A stretch of DNA of 64,000 bases from Antedon mediterranea (Eukaryota > Animalia > Echinodermata). The stretch lies in the NCBI RefSeq assembly GCF_964355755.1, contig NC_092679.1, positions 12,941,432 to 13,005,431 of the forward strand. The letters are read 5' to 3'. Below, in pieces: positions 52,520-64,000 of the stretch (within the stretch, counting starts at the first letter, position 1; every line of letters begins with the position of its first letter). The notes beneath the pieces were generated by a model. It did not search any database, was not told the DNA's origin, and was given only the letters and a program-made list of their open reading frames with translations. The translations under genes were made by a program, and so were the position numbers.

Positions 52520-54529
52520 TCATCTACAATGACCATACACATAAAACGTACATCTTACCGACAAACCTCTAACTCGGCAATCAATAACTGTAACAACTTC
52601 TATGTAAACACTACGTGCCTTCTCTATGAATATAACTTATGTACATAACGTGTTTATAATAGTATATTTATATGTATCGCGTATAAATGATTGTATAAAA
52701 AAATCATTGAAATAGCCGCTGAATATTCACTGGAGACATAATATTTCATGAGATGAACTTCAAGAATTGCGTAACATTAAAGATATATTATTCTGTATCA
52801 TATCTTTTAAAATTGTATTTAATATGCTTTTAATATTAATTTATATTAATGAAAACCAGACCAGACCATGTTGATGTCACCAATATAGGAATACCATCTT
52901 AAATTGGTTTTGATTTAATTTATTTTAGAAATGGTGATTTGTAACCCTTTGTTGTTGTTGAAAGCAAATTGAGTTTACATTATAGACGTGACGATACATC
53001 TTTATAGTCGGGTTTTCTCAAATGTTATCCTATTATTATGTTTGTTATTTATTTAGGCGCATTGTCAAGGGTTGCCAATAGCACATTTTATCACAGTCCC
53101 CATATGTGACAATCCGTTCCGCAGGACAAACATGCATATAGATTGCTCTATATATAAACACAATCTTTACGAGTGGAGTTTCTTTTATGACCTCAAAAAA
53201 AGTTAGAGCAAATGGCCAAAGGATCTTAATCACAATATCCCCTCAAAATAAGACAAAATTATAGTACAAATAAGGGACTTGAGGCACATGGTTATAATAC
53301 GCGTACTGTACCATTAATGATAAGCTTAATTTCGATTTTTTAACGATCTATTATTACTTAATTCAATATAATTGTTTTGTCTTATACCATATATATTGAC
53401 AATATCTAATATTTTAACATCATGATTTGACAACACTATTCCAATGGTATAATCATTAAACTATCCGATGTAACAACACATTATTTATTTTGAATGCAAA
53501 TGTAGATTTTGCGTATTTATAACCTTTTTATTCGACGACTCACTGATTTAAACAGTCTTGGGAGCCTAAAATTAGCTGCTTATCTTTAAAGATCTTTTTT
53601 AAATCTGTTTTAAACAAATCGTTATTTAACATTACTCAGCCAATTGAAGATCATTTTGAAATTTATTAAATTTAGTGTCCCATGACATTAAGATTATTCA
53701 TAATAATCTAAGGCATAAAACACCAAACGAGAAATACGTGCAGGACATTTATACTGAATTATAAATTAATATGACATTTAAATTGGAAGCAACTGGCGGC
53801 ACCCAGTTTCAGATTGATAAAGAATTGTATTTGTCAATTACACATTGAATGGTGGTCACCAATAATGTCACTCTACTAACATATCAGGTTTCATGTTTGT
53901 ATTCTCTTATTGTTAAGGACAATATGCACATAATAACGAAAGTACGGTACAGTCTTTGCAGTAAAGTCTTTACCACTTTCCATGAAAAATACTTCTTTAG
54001 AATTAAGGGAAACAGCACTTACGCCCAGAAGAATTAGGTATGAGGATGATATATGAAGCAAAGCGTATTGGACGATCTATGTATGACGAAATGCACGAGT
54101 TATTAGTATCTGTATTATATAAGCGACAATGTGTTTGCTTGTTAACATGTTTGTCACTTTGCATTCATACACATTTATATGTATCAAAATGAGAATTTTT
54201 AAAACTAAAATTAAAAAATGATTCGCCATATTGTTGATTCAATAGGAAAAAGGGAAATACTTATTTTTAATTTATGAAAGACTTAATGCATTAGAAAAAA
54301 ATATCTTAAAACAAATTTGGCAGGACAATTTCCACTAGATTTGAGAGAAAGACTGCCAAACAGTCACATTTCACAAACTTTATTATGGATATCCACTAAA
54401 GAAAATCTCAGCATTTAGAAACAAAAAATCCTCTATAGATTCAAGATTTTCCTATTCGTCCATACACTGGAAACTTGACTTTCCTTTTGCAATACATATA
54501 CAATATGTTATATAGGCCTACTCTAGGTT

Positions 54530-54720
54530 TATTTAATTTTTTTAGTAATGTGTTTTGTTTGTGGGTCTCTGCGAGACAAGTTTTTAACTTCTAGAAGGGA
54601 TCCATGATAACAATGACTACCAATTACTGTTTTATCTATGTTCACTTTAATATCTTTTTTTCTATTTTGTATATGTTCATTATTATCTGAATAAATGTTA
54701 TCTGAATCTGAATTTGAAAG
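54530..54720 (+). mobile_element. LINE 3' UTR remnant with (TCTGAA)n tail
   Basis: Ends TGAATAAATGTTATCTGAATCTGAATTTGAA. Confidence 0.4.
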
Positions 54721-56480
54721 CATAAAAAAGACCACACAAATAAGCCTTAAAGGTGATAAAAAAGATAAAAAGTATGCTTAAAAAACAAGTGTGATATAAA
54801 AAAAAAAAATTTAAATCAATTACATAAAATTCCAGTAAAATAAGTAAGCTTTCAAGAACATAATAAAGTATGCATGTATTTCTCGGTATATATATCGGTA
54901 GGCTTACTGGTTTCATCAAGAAAAACAGTTCAAACTATTTATTTGGACTCATAAAAATCAGGTAAATGACTTCCTAGACAGTGTGTAAGGAAATCAGAAC
55001 TACAAACAAGAAAGGTACAAATATATATTTACAAATATTCAATTTAATTTCTTTCACAAGACGATTCATAAATTAGAATAATAAACAACTGTTCTTGTGC
55101 TGGAGAAAATGAATAAGTACAGTATCAGTTTTACGAGTTAAAAAACGAGTATATGCAGTTTGATTGACAGTTAAGTTCAAAGATAAAACTGTTGGTCTTC
55201 TTACATTCACGTTGCTTTGTAATGCTTCTACCGTATGGTGCGTTCTTACAAATTTAACAATATTGTTAACAATTAATAAAAAAAGGAAATCAATATCCCG
55301 TATCTGTCACAGTATTATATTTCTTACTGACGTGTGAAATCATGAAGATGCTTACTTTTGTTCATATAACAGCGTATAGGGTGTGTAAAGTATCAATGTT
55401 GCACTGTTACCATGCACTTAGTAAATCACTGTGCTACACTACTATTATGTAAATATCTTCAGGCCAAATAGAAACTTCGTTTAGTTAAGCTGTTTGAACT
55501 TCCATTTCAATTGATATACTTTGCATTTCCCACCTTGATTGATTGATTGATTCAACCAAAAACAACGAATCTTATGTAAAATGGTTGTAGGCATAGTTTT
55601 ATAAAACGCATATTTCATGCTACTGAACAAGTTTCCATAGCGATATACTAACGATTATGATATTTACGTCTCGATTTCTCATTTGAAAGACGGATAATAT
55701 GTATCTTCGAAAAAGTATTACAATTAGATAAGAAGATCGTATTGGTTAAGTTAAGAACTTTAACTATATTTCAGAAATGACATTTTCAATTATACTGACA
55801 CTATCACGTTAAGATGATCATCCATGATTTAATATTTGGATCATCCTTGAAGAAATTGAAGTATTTACTTAGCCTACAAGTAATACTTAACGTTATAAAT
55901 GTATCTGAATTAATCTGGTCATACTACATCGGTTTGTAATCCACGTAGTATAACTAGATTAAGGCAATGTCCTCGCCAGTAGGACAGTATTTTCTTAATA
56001 TACATTTATTATAAACAAGTTTAGAGAACCAATTGCAATTATAAACAGGCATATATATATTATAGTAAACTTGTTATTTAACCTAATCCCGACTGACCAA
56101 AATCTAGGGTCGTATTTTGTGGATAATTACATAATTTCCAATTGCACTCTCTATTTGTTGCATATTTAATCCATGTTTTGAAGTTAATATCAATTTATAG
56201 GGTTATTATGGTTTCTATTTGGTCTACCTATTGGTATTAATTTCATTATTTTTATATACAGAGATCTGAAAATTGATTTGTTATTTTCAGCTTATAGTAG
56301 TTTTTTTTTTTAAAGATAATTGTATTTTTATTTTTATTCGATTTTATTAATTGCAACATGGTACAGTATATGTACATATATCGTATCGTCTGTGCTTCTC
56401 ATGTTAATTCTATTCAATGTGATTGGCTTATTTTTTTAATGTAAAAAATTATATTAATATAAAATAATTGCTTTTTCTAG

Positions 56481-56706
56481 GTTATTTAAAATTGAACCAG
56501 AATATCAAGATCTCTTCAAAGACTTAAAAGGCCAGTCACGTGATCAACTAATGGCTAGTCTAGCATTTGAAAACCAAGCTGCAATTATGATGAATATTTT
56601 TGACGAGTTGTTGGAAAAATTAGACGATGTAGACAGCATGAGTAAAATGTTAAGAGAAACAGGCGGGAACCACGCTAAGTATGGCGTAACAGTCGATATG
56701 ATTACG
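56481..56706 (+). CDS. Globin X-like, coding exon 2
   Basis: ctttttctag acceptor; LFKIEPEYQDLF (Pro C2, Phe CD1), FENQAAIMM (Gln at E7), LRETGGNHAKYGV (proximal His F8); phase-0 donor ACG|gtgaga at G7.0. Confidence 0.92.
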
Positions 56707-57127
56707 GTGAGAGCGCTTTTCAGTCTAAGTTAATTACTATTTTCCCCATGAAGTTTAGGCGGAAAAGATATCTCCTCGATTTATAGTTTAGCTATTTCAA
56801 TTGGAACCATGAATATATTTAAAAGTAAAATTGGAACAATTCAAATTTATTTATCTTCTATCTTCTTCAATAAATACCTTATTATAAACAATGCAAAACC
56901 TAATGAATCATTTTCAAACTTTTGCATATACAAAGTTTGACCAATGACAAAGAATTGTATAAATAGGCGTATATGTTCAAATATAATTTAACACGTGTTT
57001 AAATAAAGCACATTTAATGTGATTGTATAAAAGGGATTTTATTTGATTTAATGATTAATTTTTCCTGCTTATGCCTAAGCATACAAAAGTTGAAATTTAC
57101 TGTTTATTGTTTTTTTTTTACTATTAG

Positions 57128-57265
57128 AAATTTGAAGAACCACTCGTCAAATCAATCAGAGACTTTCTTGGGGACCGTTACACAGAAAACATCGAGAATT
57201 TGTATAATAAATTTTTAACATTTACATTTGAGGAATTTTGTATAGGACTGAAAGAGGCAAGCTAG
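57128..57265 (+). CDS. Globin X-like, coding exon 3
   Basis: Acceptor ttttttactattag; KFEEPLVKSIRDFLGDRYTENIENLYNKFLTFTFEEFCIGLKEAS-stop; LGDRYT.N.EN.Y is typical of globin X-like proteins; exons sum to 549 nt = 182 aa + stop; AATAAA at ~57633. Confidence 0.92.
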   Translation, partial: KFEEPLVKSIRDFLGDRYTENIENLYNKFLTFTFEEFCIGLKEAS

Positions 57266-59332
57266 TCTAAACAGTCTGTGATGTATAGTCAGCCGTTGTT
57301 TCAATCATGAAGGGAATTATTTCCTCTATGTTTCAATTAATTGCTGCATGTTGGAGTGAGGTGAACTATTGCTTCAATTTGAGGGTTATGACTATAATAT
57401 ATTTAAGAACCAGATGTAAACGAAATAAACGGCTGATAAAATATGTTTTAGCTTGGGAAGTACAATCAATTCCCAGAGTGAATTTACTAAGCTACATTTT
57501 GTTTGTACTGTAATTACCAGTATAGTATAGCTATCTATCTCGATTAATGACAGAAAAGAATGAATATACGCGGAAAGTGATGGCGGTAAGCATAGGTTTA
57601 CAATGAACAGACCCATAATCCCTGAGCACCACAATAAAATATTGTTTTCAATCATTATGATACATCTAAAAACACTATAGTTATATTGTAATTCGAATGT
57701 GCATTATTAGGCAGCTAGGAAGGCCTTCTGTGTGTATCTTGAATATATCACAGGTTCATAAGGTACCGTACTGCCATAAAACCAAGTATAAAAAATGCAA
57801 TTTGTCAAAATATAGTAAAATAAATATTTAGAAAACCTAAAAAAAATTCACCCAAGCCCGACCAACCCACAATTTACAAAATGTAGAGTTGGTTTTATTT
57901 TAGCAATTGAGCATTAATAAATAATTTTTTGAATTAAAAACAAATACTAACTAGAATTTAATTCGTCACCTTGACGAATTATAGGTGATCATTTTTATCA
58001 TTTTAATGAAATTCACATTTTTACTAATTACTTAATAAACTACCATTTTTGGATGAATGTGATTATTCTACAGCGCCCTCTATTTTTAATTTGAGATTTA
58101 GTCCTAATACAGTGAAATATTTTATTAATATTCTTTTCAATTGATGCCATGCTTGTGCAACACAAACTTTTTTAGATATGTTATATATAGTAGACCTATA
58201 TTAATATGTATTTTCTATTCTTTTCAAATACTGTAAATAAATACAGGCCTTTGTTTATACCTAGGTAATTACATGTTCAGTATTGACAACAATAATGACG
58301 TCATATGTTTGTATAAATATGGGCACGTCGTGGCTATTATAGGGTACAATGTACATAAGTAATATTTTAATATAATAATGTTGGTAGTGATTTCTTTCAC
58401 ACTTCAAAACAAATGATATTTTCATAAATACTCAGCATATTAAGTGCCTTAAACTTATGTATAATGTTGTATACAGTATAACACCCAGTAAAAGGAGGGT
58501 AAGCTAATCAAATAATTAAAACTGGAGGGTACCCCGAGAGTGCATCATCCGACTATATTATTGTTTCGTACATAATAATGTCACTGACAAAATGTTGTGT
58601 GCCTTAGTACGGTAAATTATACTAAGCACTAGGCCTACTGTACATTGAATGTGAGTTTTTGTGCCATTGTGGGAAAGTTTGGTCGAGAATCGGATAGAAA
58701 GAGAGGCATGTATATCTATATATTATACAAATTAATATTAATTTTGTTTCTGACCTTGACATTTTGTCCTTTTAAAATTTAACTAGCCCGGGATAAATCG
58801 CAGATTGTCGTCAAATTTTACAAGATTCGAATAAAACAAAATGTAGGCTGTTCCCAGACAAACAGATAGAAACCAAACATGCAGTATGAAAACATACCGT
58901 AAGCTATTACCAGAGATAATGATTTCATACGCTGGTGTTCAATGGATACGCATGACTTTAGTAAAATAGGACAAATGGCTGAAACCGACAACGAGGTTTG
59001 TGAAATTAATGCTACTGAAGTTGTAATTGGAATGCAACCGTATAATCAATTTTAGGGTTTAGGGTTTAGGTGCTTACGAATAAAAATTCTGAACTTTATC
59101 TATTTATTTTATAAAACTGTAGTTTTTGTGTTTCATTTCGTTACGTTCATTACATTCATTCAAAACTAGTTGTCCTTTCAAATTATTAATAGCATTTTTC
59201 TTACTTAGTGTGGCATATTAATTTTTTTATACACATAAAAGTAGATATTCTACGAGTGTGGAACTAAATGGCAGTGAGGATGGATTTACTCGGAAGTCGG
59301 GTAGGTCAGCCATCTTCTGCTCTATTGGCTTC

Positions 59333-59460
59333 CTTTTTTTTTTTTTTTCATTTCATTTATTTCAATATCATTATCGCAGCCTTAGCTGAATTACAAAGAT
59401 ATTTACATTTGTTCAATGTTTTGTGTCTTTTGTCTACAAATAGTAGATTGCCGTACAACT
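59333..59460 (-). mobile_element. Poly(A)-tailed retroposed 3' fragment
   Basis: Minus strand ends GAAATAAATGAAATGAAAAAAAAAAAAAAAA. Confidence 0.4.
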
Positions 59461-62400
59461 GTTTTTGAGATGTTGGTATCCCCAATGATCAAAAACTTTT
59501 TCTGACCTCCGATGCAGTTCTCAAATGGCCCCCATGAAAAGAGTTTCTATGCCGATCCTCAATCAACAAACTGATATGGCTTCTCTTCGGTAGTAGGTAA
59601 GGATGTCTTATGTAATACGACAGTGGTGCATTCTTAATCCGTCCACCAACACGGTACACTCCATCTTTCTCATCGAACACTGAATCTAGCTTCATGATGT
59701 TGTAATCATCGACATTTATTTCCGATTGTCTCTGTCGGATCCAAAGCAACTCAGCTTCCTTCAATGCATTTGGTGAAGGCCACTCAAAAATTTGTGAAGT
59801 TAACTTCCTCAACCATTGGTTCTTTGGTAAACGCTTCAAGGGCAAAACTCTTGCTGTTAACATCTTAAATGTTGGCCAACAAGAAAAACTGGTGGGATCA
59901 CGTATTCTTTGAAATTCAGGTATAGCTTTTATTTTGAGCGCAAGTGTCTTAGCATTACGAAAATGAAATTTCTTCTGTACTCCATCTTCAGGAGCTAATT
60001 GAACATTAGTTGGAGTTTCAGGCCAAGAGATAGGTGGTGATCGTAGGATCCATCGATGACTTGCTTTATATCTTCAATATTTCCTCCTCTTGATACAATA
60101 TCTATAGTGTTCTGGTCTGATGGTACAAAAGCAATATCTTTGATCGGGTAAATTTAAGAAGTGATCTCACCTACACTGTATGCAACGTAGGACCAGACAT
60201 AATTATTCGGATTGATCTCTCAGCCAGCTGATTGCAGTCATACTGTCTGTCCAAATCTTTGAATAAACTATTACAACTCTCAAAGAATTCTTTACAGTAA
60301 GCATCAACCTTAATAGCAGCAGAATCGCTTGAAGTTCTTTATGGGGACTAACGACAAATAAGCTTTAGTCGACTCATAATATGACCTTCTTAGCCAAACT
60401 CCGATACCCATGTCATGGCCTTTTCCTCTAAAAGGCTCTGGAATAAGACATCTTGGAATTTCTATGTCACTTTATCTTTCAAGATCTTTATTGATTTCAC
60501 TGAGAATAGGAAAAAGTTCACCTCTCTGGTTAAGTGGTGTATCCCAATCAATGTTTAATTGCCACAGTGTTTTCAGTCGGACAAGGATATCGGAACGCAT
60601 ACCAAATACGTCATAGTAAAAAGCGGTTTGTTTCAGAATGTTATGTTTAGTTGGGATTAGACCTTGAATTGGTTTTACCTCTTTGACCTTCAGAGTGTCG
60701 ATCACAAGGTTCCAATTTGTTCCCAAAGCTGTTGCAACAGTGGCGTCTTCTGATTCGTCACAGTCACACACATTCTTAACGTTGGATTGCCATTTCCTGA
60801 GATTGAAGTTTCCTTTTTTAAGAGTCTCGGTTAGATTAGATTTTAAGTTGTCAGCCTCATTAGCATCAGTAACAGATTCATTTAAATCATTCATTTTATA
60901 CTGGTCAGTAACAATTCTTTAAAACAGTTAATCACCGGGTGCATGCTCAGATACTACATGCCTCAATGTCACTATAGCCGCAGTTGGCGATAGCTAGCTT
61001 GTAACCAAATGTAACAGTCGTCAACTCGTACACCTGAATTGGATGGTTACGATTTTCCCTAAACACAAATCAATGAAGGCGGGCATCATCAGAACTGATT
61101 TTAATAGCCTGGAACATTTTATTAATGTCAGCGATTTTACCAAGTTCGTTTTCTCGGAATCGTAGGGCAACATTAAATTGCGGTTTGTAAATGATCAGAG
61201 CATTTGCATTTCTTTGGTTCTAAACATATTGTCTTAATGCCAAGAAAATCTTCCATTGGTCCAACTGCAGACACATTAAGAAAATCCTTCCAAAAGAACA
61301 TTTCACGGCTACAGGTTCATTAACACATTCACCCCGGAGGTACTCTTTCCAAATCATTAAGTGTTATCGATACCGAGCATTACATCAATAGTTGGAGATG
61401 GAGCAACTTGTAAATCAATTTTATTTAGATGACTGTATTATTTAAGCTGTTCTTGGTAGGATTGATAGGAGTATCTCCACAGGGTTCTTCTATTTCTGTG
61501 ACAGCGAGTGGACCAGACCATGTACCATTTACTTCTTCAATTTAGCAATTCAGCAATCGTAGTTTCTTAGTAATTTTCTTCCCACCAACCAGACATAGAT
61601 CATGTTTTGATAAACATCTTGATTAATATAGTAGGGCCTAAGTGGAATGAGTCCTGATCTCAGAAGTGTCGCTTGGTTGCCACCATCCAATAAGATACAC
61701 ACTAGACGACGGGTTTTGCCACATCTCAGGTACCCCATAACAGTAGATAAGGTCACTTGTAATTTACTTTCTCCCTTGTGAGACCATGCCAGCCCGCTCA
61801 ACAACTATGGGTGGATCCGCTGGTTGAAATGGTTAAGGATTGCAATTGAGTTGATCCTTTCTTTCATACAAGACCGGACAAACAGCCGTAAAGTAAAGGT
61901 TAACCTTCACCATCTGATGGGGTTCCACAAGGTGCGGCAATCTGACAGGAATTCCTATAATATGAAGGTTTACCAGCAGAGCAATTGCTGTGACCATATC
62001 TAAAACAGATTATGTTCTTTTTCATCACTTCATATTTTTCTATTTGAGACAAACTTCTAAACTTGTTATAACTCTTCAAAAAATGAGTATTAGCGGTGGA
62101 ATGCAGTGCACACTTGCTATTTCTATTGTAGTCTGACCTGTTACCCTTTCCAGATGAAACTACAGCAGCATTTGGAGACTTGATGGTTCAGTTTCAGTCA
62201 CGGATGTAGCTTTCTCAAGTAACAATAATTGGCTGTATAGCCATTAAATCAAGCCAGTGAGAAAATATGACCGGTGTCGTTGTTCATAACGCTTTTATAG
62301 TAAGCTATTCTGTGTTCTTCTGGTAAATTCTGTTTTATTTGGCTCAGAATGATTTTGCTGTTCAACTCTCCAGATAAACCAATGGTTTCCGCTCTGGTTC

Positions 62401-62560
62401 CAAATGTTTGAAGGGTTTGTTGGACCAAACGAATTATGGCTGAAATGCTGATCTTGTCCTTACTTTCATCTTTAGATTCTCTAAATCCGTCAACAGACTA
62501 TCCACGACTCTGTGTTTGTCTCAATAGCGTTCATCTAACATTTTCCAAGCTCTAGCAACA
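59460..62560 (-). mobile_element. Decayed BEL/Pao LTR retrotransposon internal region
   Basis: Minus-strand order: gag (VVDSLLTDLENLK; ICFRYGH knuckle ~62000), protease LLDGGNQATLL, RT (ADINKMFQAI, GNFNLRKWQSN, LWQLNIDWD), RNase H (WTDS), then GVYRVGGRI..APL, HPYLLP and HRNSFHGG; many frameshifts, integrase core and LTRs not seen. Confidence 0.9.
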
Positions 62561-63002
62561 TCGAAACATTCTTAACCATATTTTGTATTCGGACAGACCA
62601 GTTGTTGGTGTTGGTAAGTGTACGATAGTGTGTCAGTTTAATCTGAAAGAGATATACATTGTCTGCATATATTCTAACCATGTTGAAATGAACATGTGCC
62701 GTATTTTAACTTCTTTTAACTGTTTTTAAACATAAGGCGCCTACAAAATTGACAATGTTTCTTTCACAACATCAAGCCATTCTTATCAAATCTGAATTAT
62801 GTTTATTATGATGGTAATATCGGTAAAGTATCGACAATTTGTCCTCTAACATAGAGAAGTTGTAGATACACGACTAACTTTCGTTGATAACAATTTACAT
62901 GTGATCGATATATTACGTTGTAATAAAGAGTGTGTCTATGATTCTTACAAACATGAATTGGCTGATTGTAATTACTCTATAACTCTTATACTGTACTTCT
63001 AG

Positions 63003-63215
63003 ATTTATGTCGGTCTGGTTACACGCCTTACAACGAAACGTGTTACAAAGTGTTCAACGGCACGCTCGAAACTTGGGATGCAGCAAATGCGGCCTGTGAA
63101 GCAGACAATGCGCAATTATTCATGATTGAAGATACGTTTGAACAGCAATTTCTTCGAGGCCTCGTTCCAACATTCTCGCCATACAAATACTGGATTGGGC
63201 TGAAAGACGTTGGGG
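63003..63215 (+). CDS. C-type lectin domain, first exon (gene may be pseudogenised)
   Basis: cttctag acceptor; LCRSGYTPYNETCYKVF...TWDAANAAC...L..I....EQQFL...YWIGLKD; donor G|gtaagt (phase 1). Confidence 0.85.
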
Positions 63216-63375
63216 GTAAGTATGGCTCAGAGACTCCACGTAACTCTTAAATCCACCGCTAACTACACGATAAAAGGGACGTAACTTCGAAAGGGCAAGT
63301 CTATTATTAATCACATAACATGCCGTTTATTATACTCCTTACGACTTTTCAATCATAACAATGTATTTGTTCTAG

Positions 63376-63599
63376 GGCACTGATACTTTCAAGTGGACAA
63401 ACGGGTCATCGGCGTCTTTTATCAAATGGCTTCCAAACATCATGGCTATCAAATGTGACTGAAGACTGCGGAGCTGCGGCTTTTGTAGATGTCTACGATA
63501 CCAGGGATGTCAGTACTGATCTTGGTGACTGGGACATAATGGACTGCACCGCTATCTTGCCAGCTATCTGCGAGTATCATATGTTAGATTTTGAATACA
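63376..63599 (+). CDS. C-type lectin domain, second exon (frameshifted)
   Basis: ttctag acceptor; GTDTFKWTNGSSASFIKWLPN in one frame, then SNVTEDCGAA...GDWDIMDCTAILPAICE in the next frame; donor A|gtacgc (phase 1). Confidence 0.75.
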
Positions 63600-63934
63600 G
63601 TACGCTAAATCCATGGTTCTTACGTACTGCACTAGACCGTTTGTCAGCAGCCAAACATTAACTGACAAACTTAACCGATAAAGTTCATGTGGAAATGAGG
63701 TTTACGGATTCCGCTCCCGAAAAATTAACCGATAATTATCTCATTCAAATTGGATAATTATCGGATAAATGCAATAAAATACAAATTGTTGCGTTGTGAT
63801 TGGACACTTGGTTTTTCGATAATGACTACACTACATACTATCATAGACTTGATCGCCACAATAAACCTTTAAAGCAGTTATAAAACTGCAATTTTGTAAT
63901 AAAGTAGCACATAAATATTGTCTTTTTTCTTCAG

Positions 63935-64000
63935 GTGAGGGAACACCAGAACCAGTAGTTTCTTCAGATGAGGGTACACCAGAACCGGTAATTTCTTCAA
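63935..64000 (+). CDS. Acidic Pro/Ser/Thr-rich repeat exon of the lectin gene (runs off window)
   Basis: Strong acceptor tcttttttcttcag; phase matches the previous donor; 33-nt repeat encoding EGTPEPVVSSD-EGTPEPVISS with mostly third-position differences. Confidence 0.7.

Overview
AT-rich, intron-containing eukaryotic DNA from an invertebrate animal; the repeat and gene content would fit an echinoderm or other marine deuterostome (inference only). Genes: (1) a Golgi type II carbohydrate sulfotransferase (Sulfotransfer_2/CHST8-14 family) with a transmembrane exon at 11376-11511 and a catalytic exon at 11595-12461; (2) a complete 3-exon, 182-aa N-acylated globin X-like gene (35703-35887, 56481-56706, 57128-57265) with canonical B12.2/G7.0 introns, a ~20.6 kb first intron and Gln instead of His at distal E7; (3) an apparently frameshifted C-type lectin followed by acidic Pro-rich 11-aa repeats running off the right edge; (4) a decayed protein kinase on the minus strand (~19.3-20.7 kb) that the ORF track misses. 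The rest is a layered transposon landscape: a decayed full-length CR1/L2-group LINE interrupted by a solo LTR with a perfect TSD, a 5'-truncated L2/CR1-group LINE with an open 821-aa ORF, a decayed BEL/Pao element, Kolobok-, Harbinger- and Helentron-type non-autonomous elements, a nested foldback-like element with an 8-bp TSD, tRNA-derived SINE heads and satellites. The palindrome TAGGCCTA is strongly over-represented. No prokaryotic features (CRISPR, operons, rRNA) are present. All calls were made by eye, without database searches.
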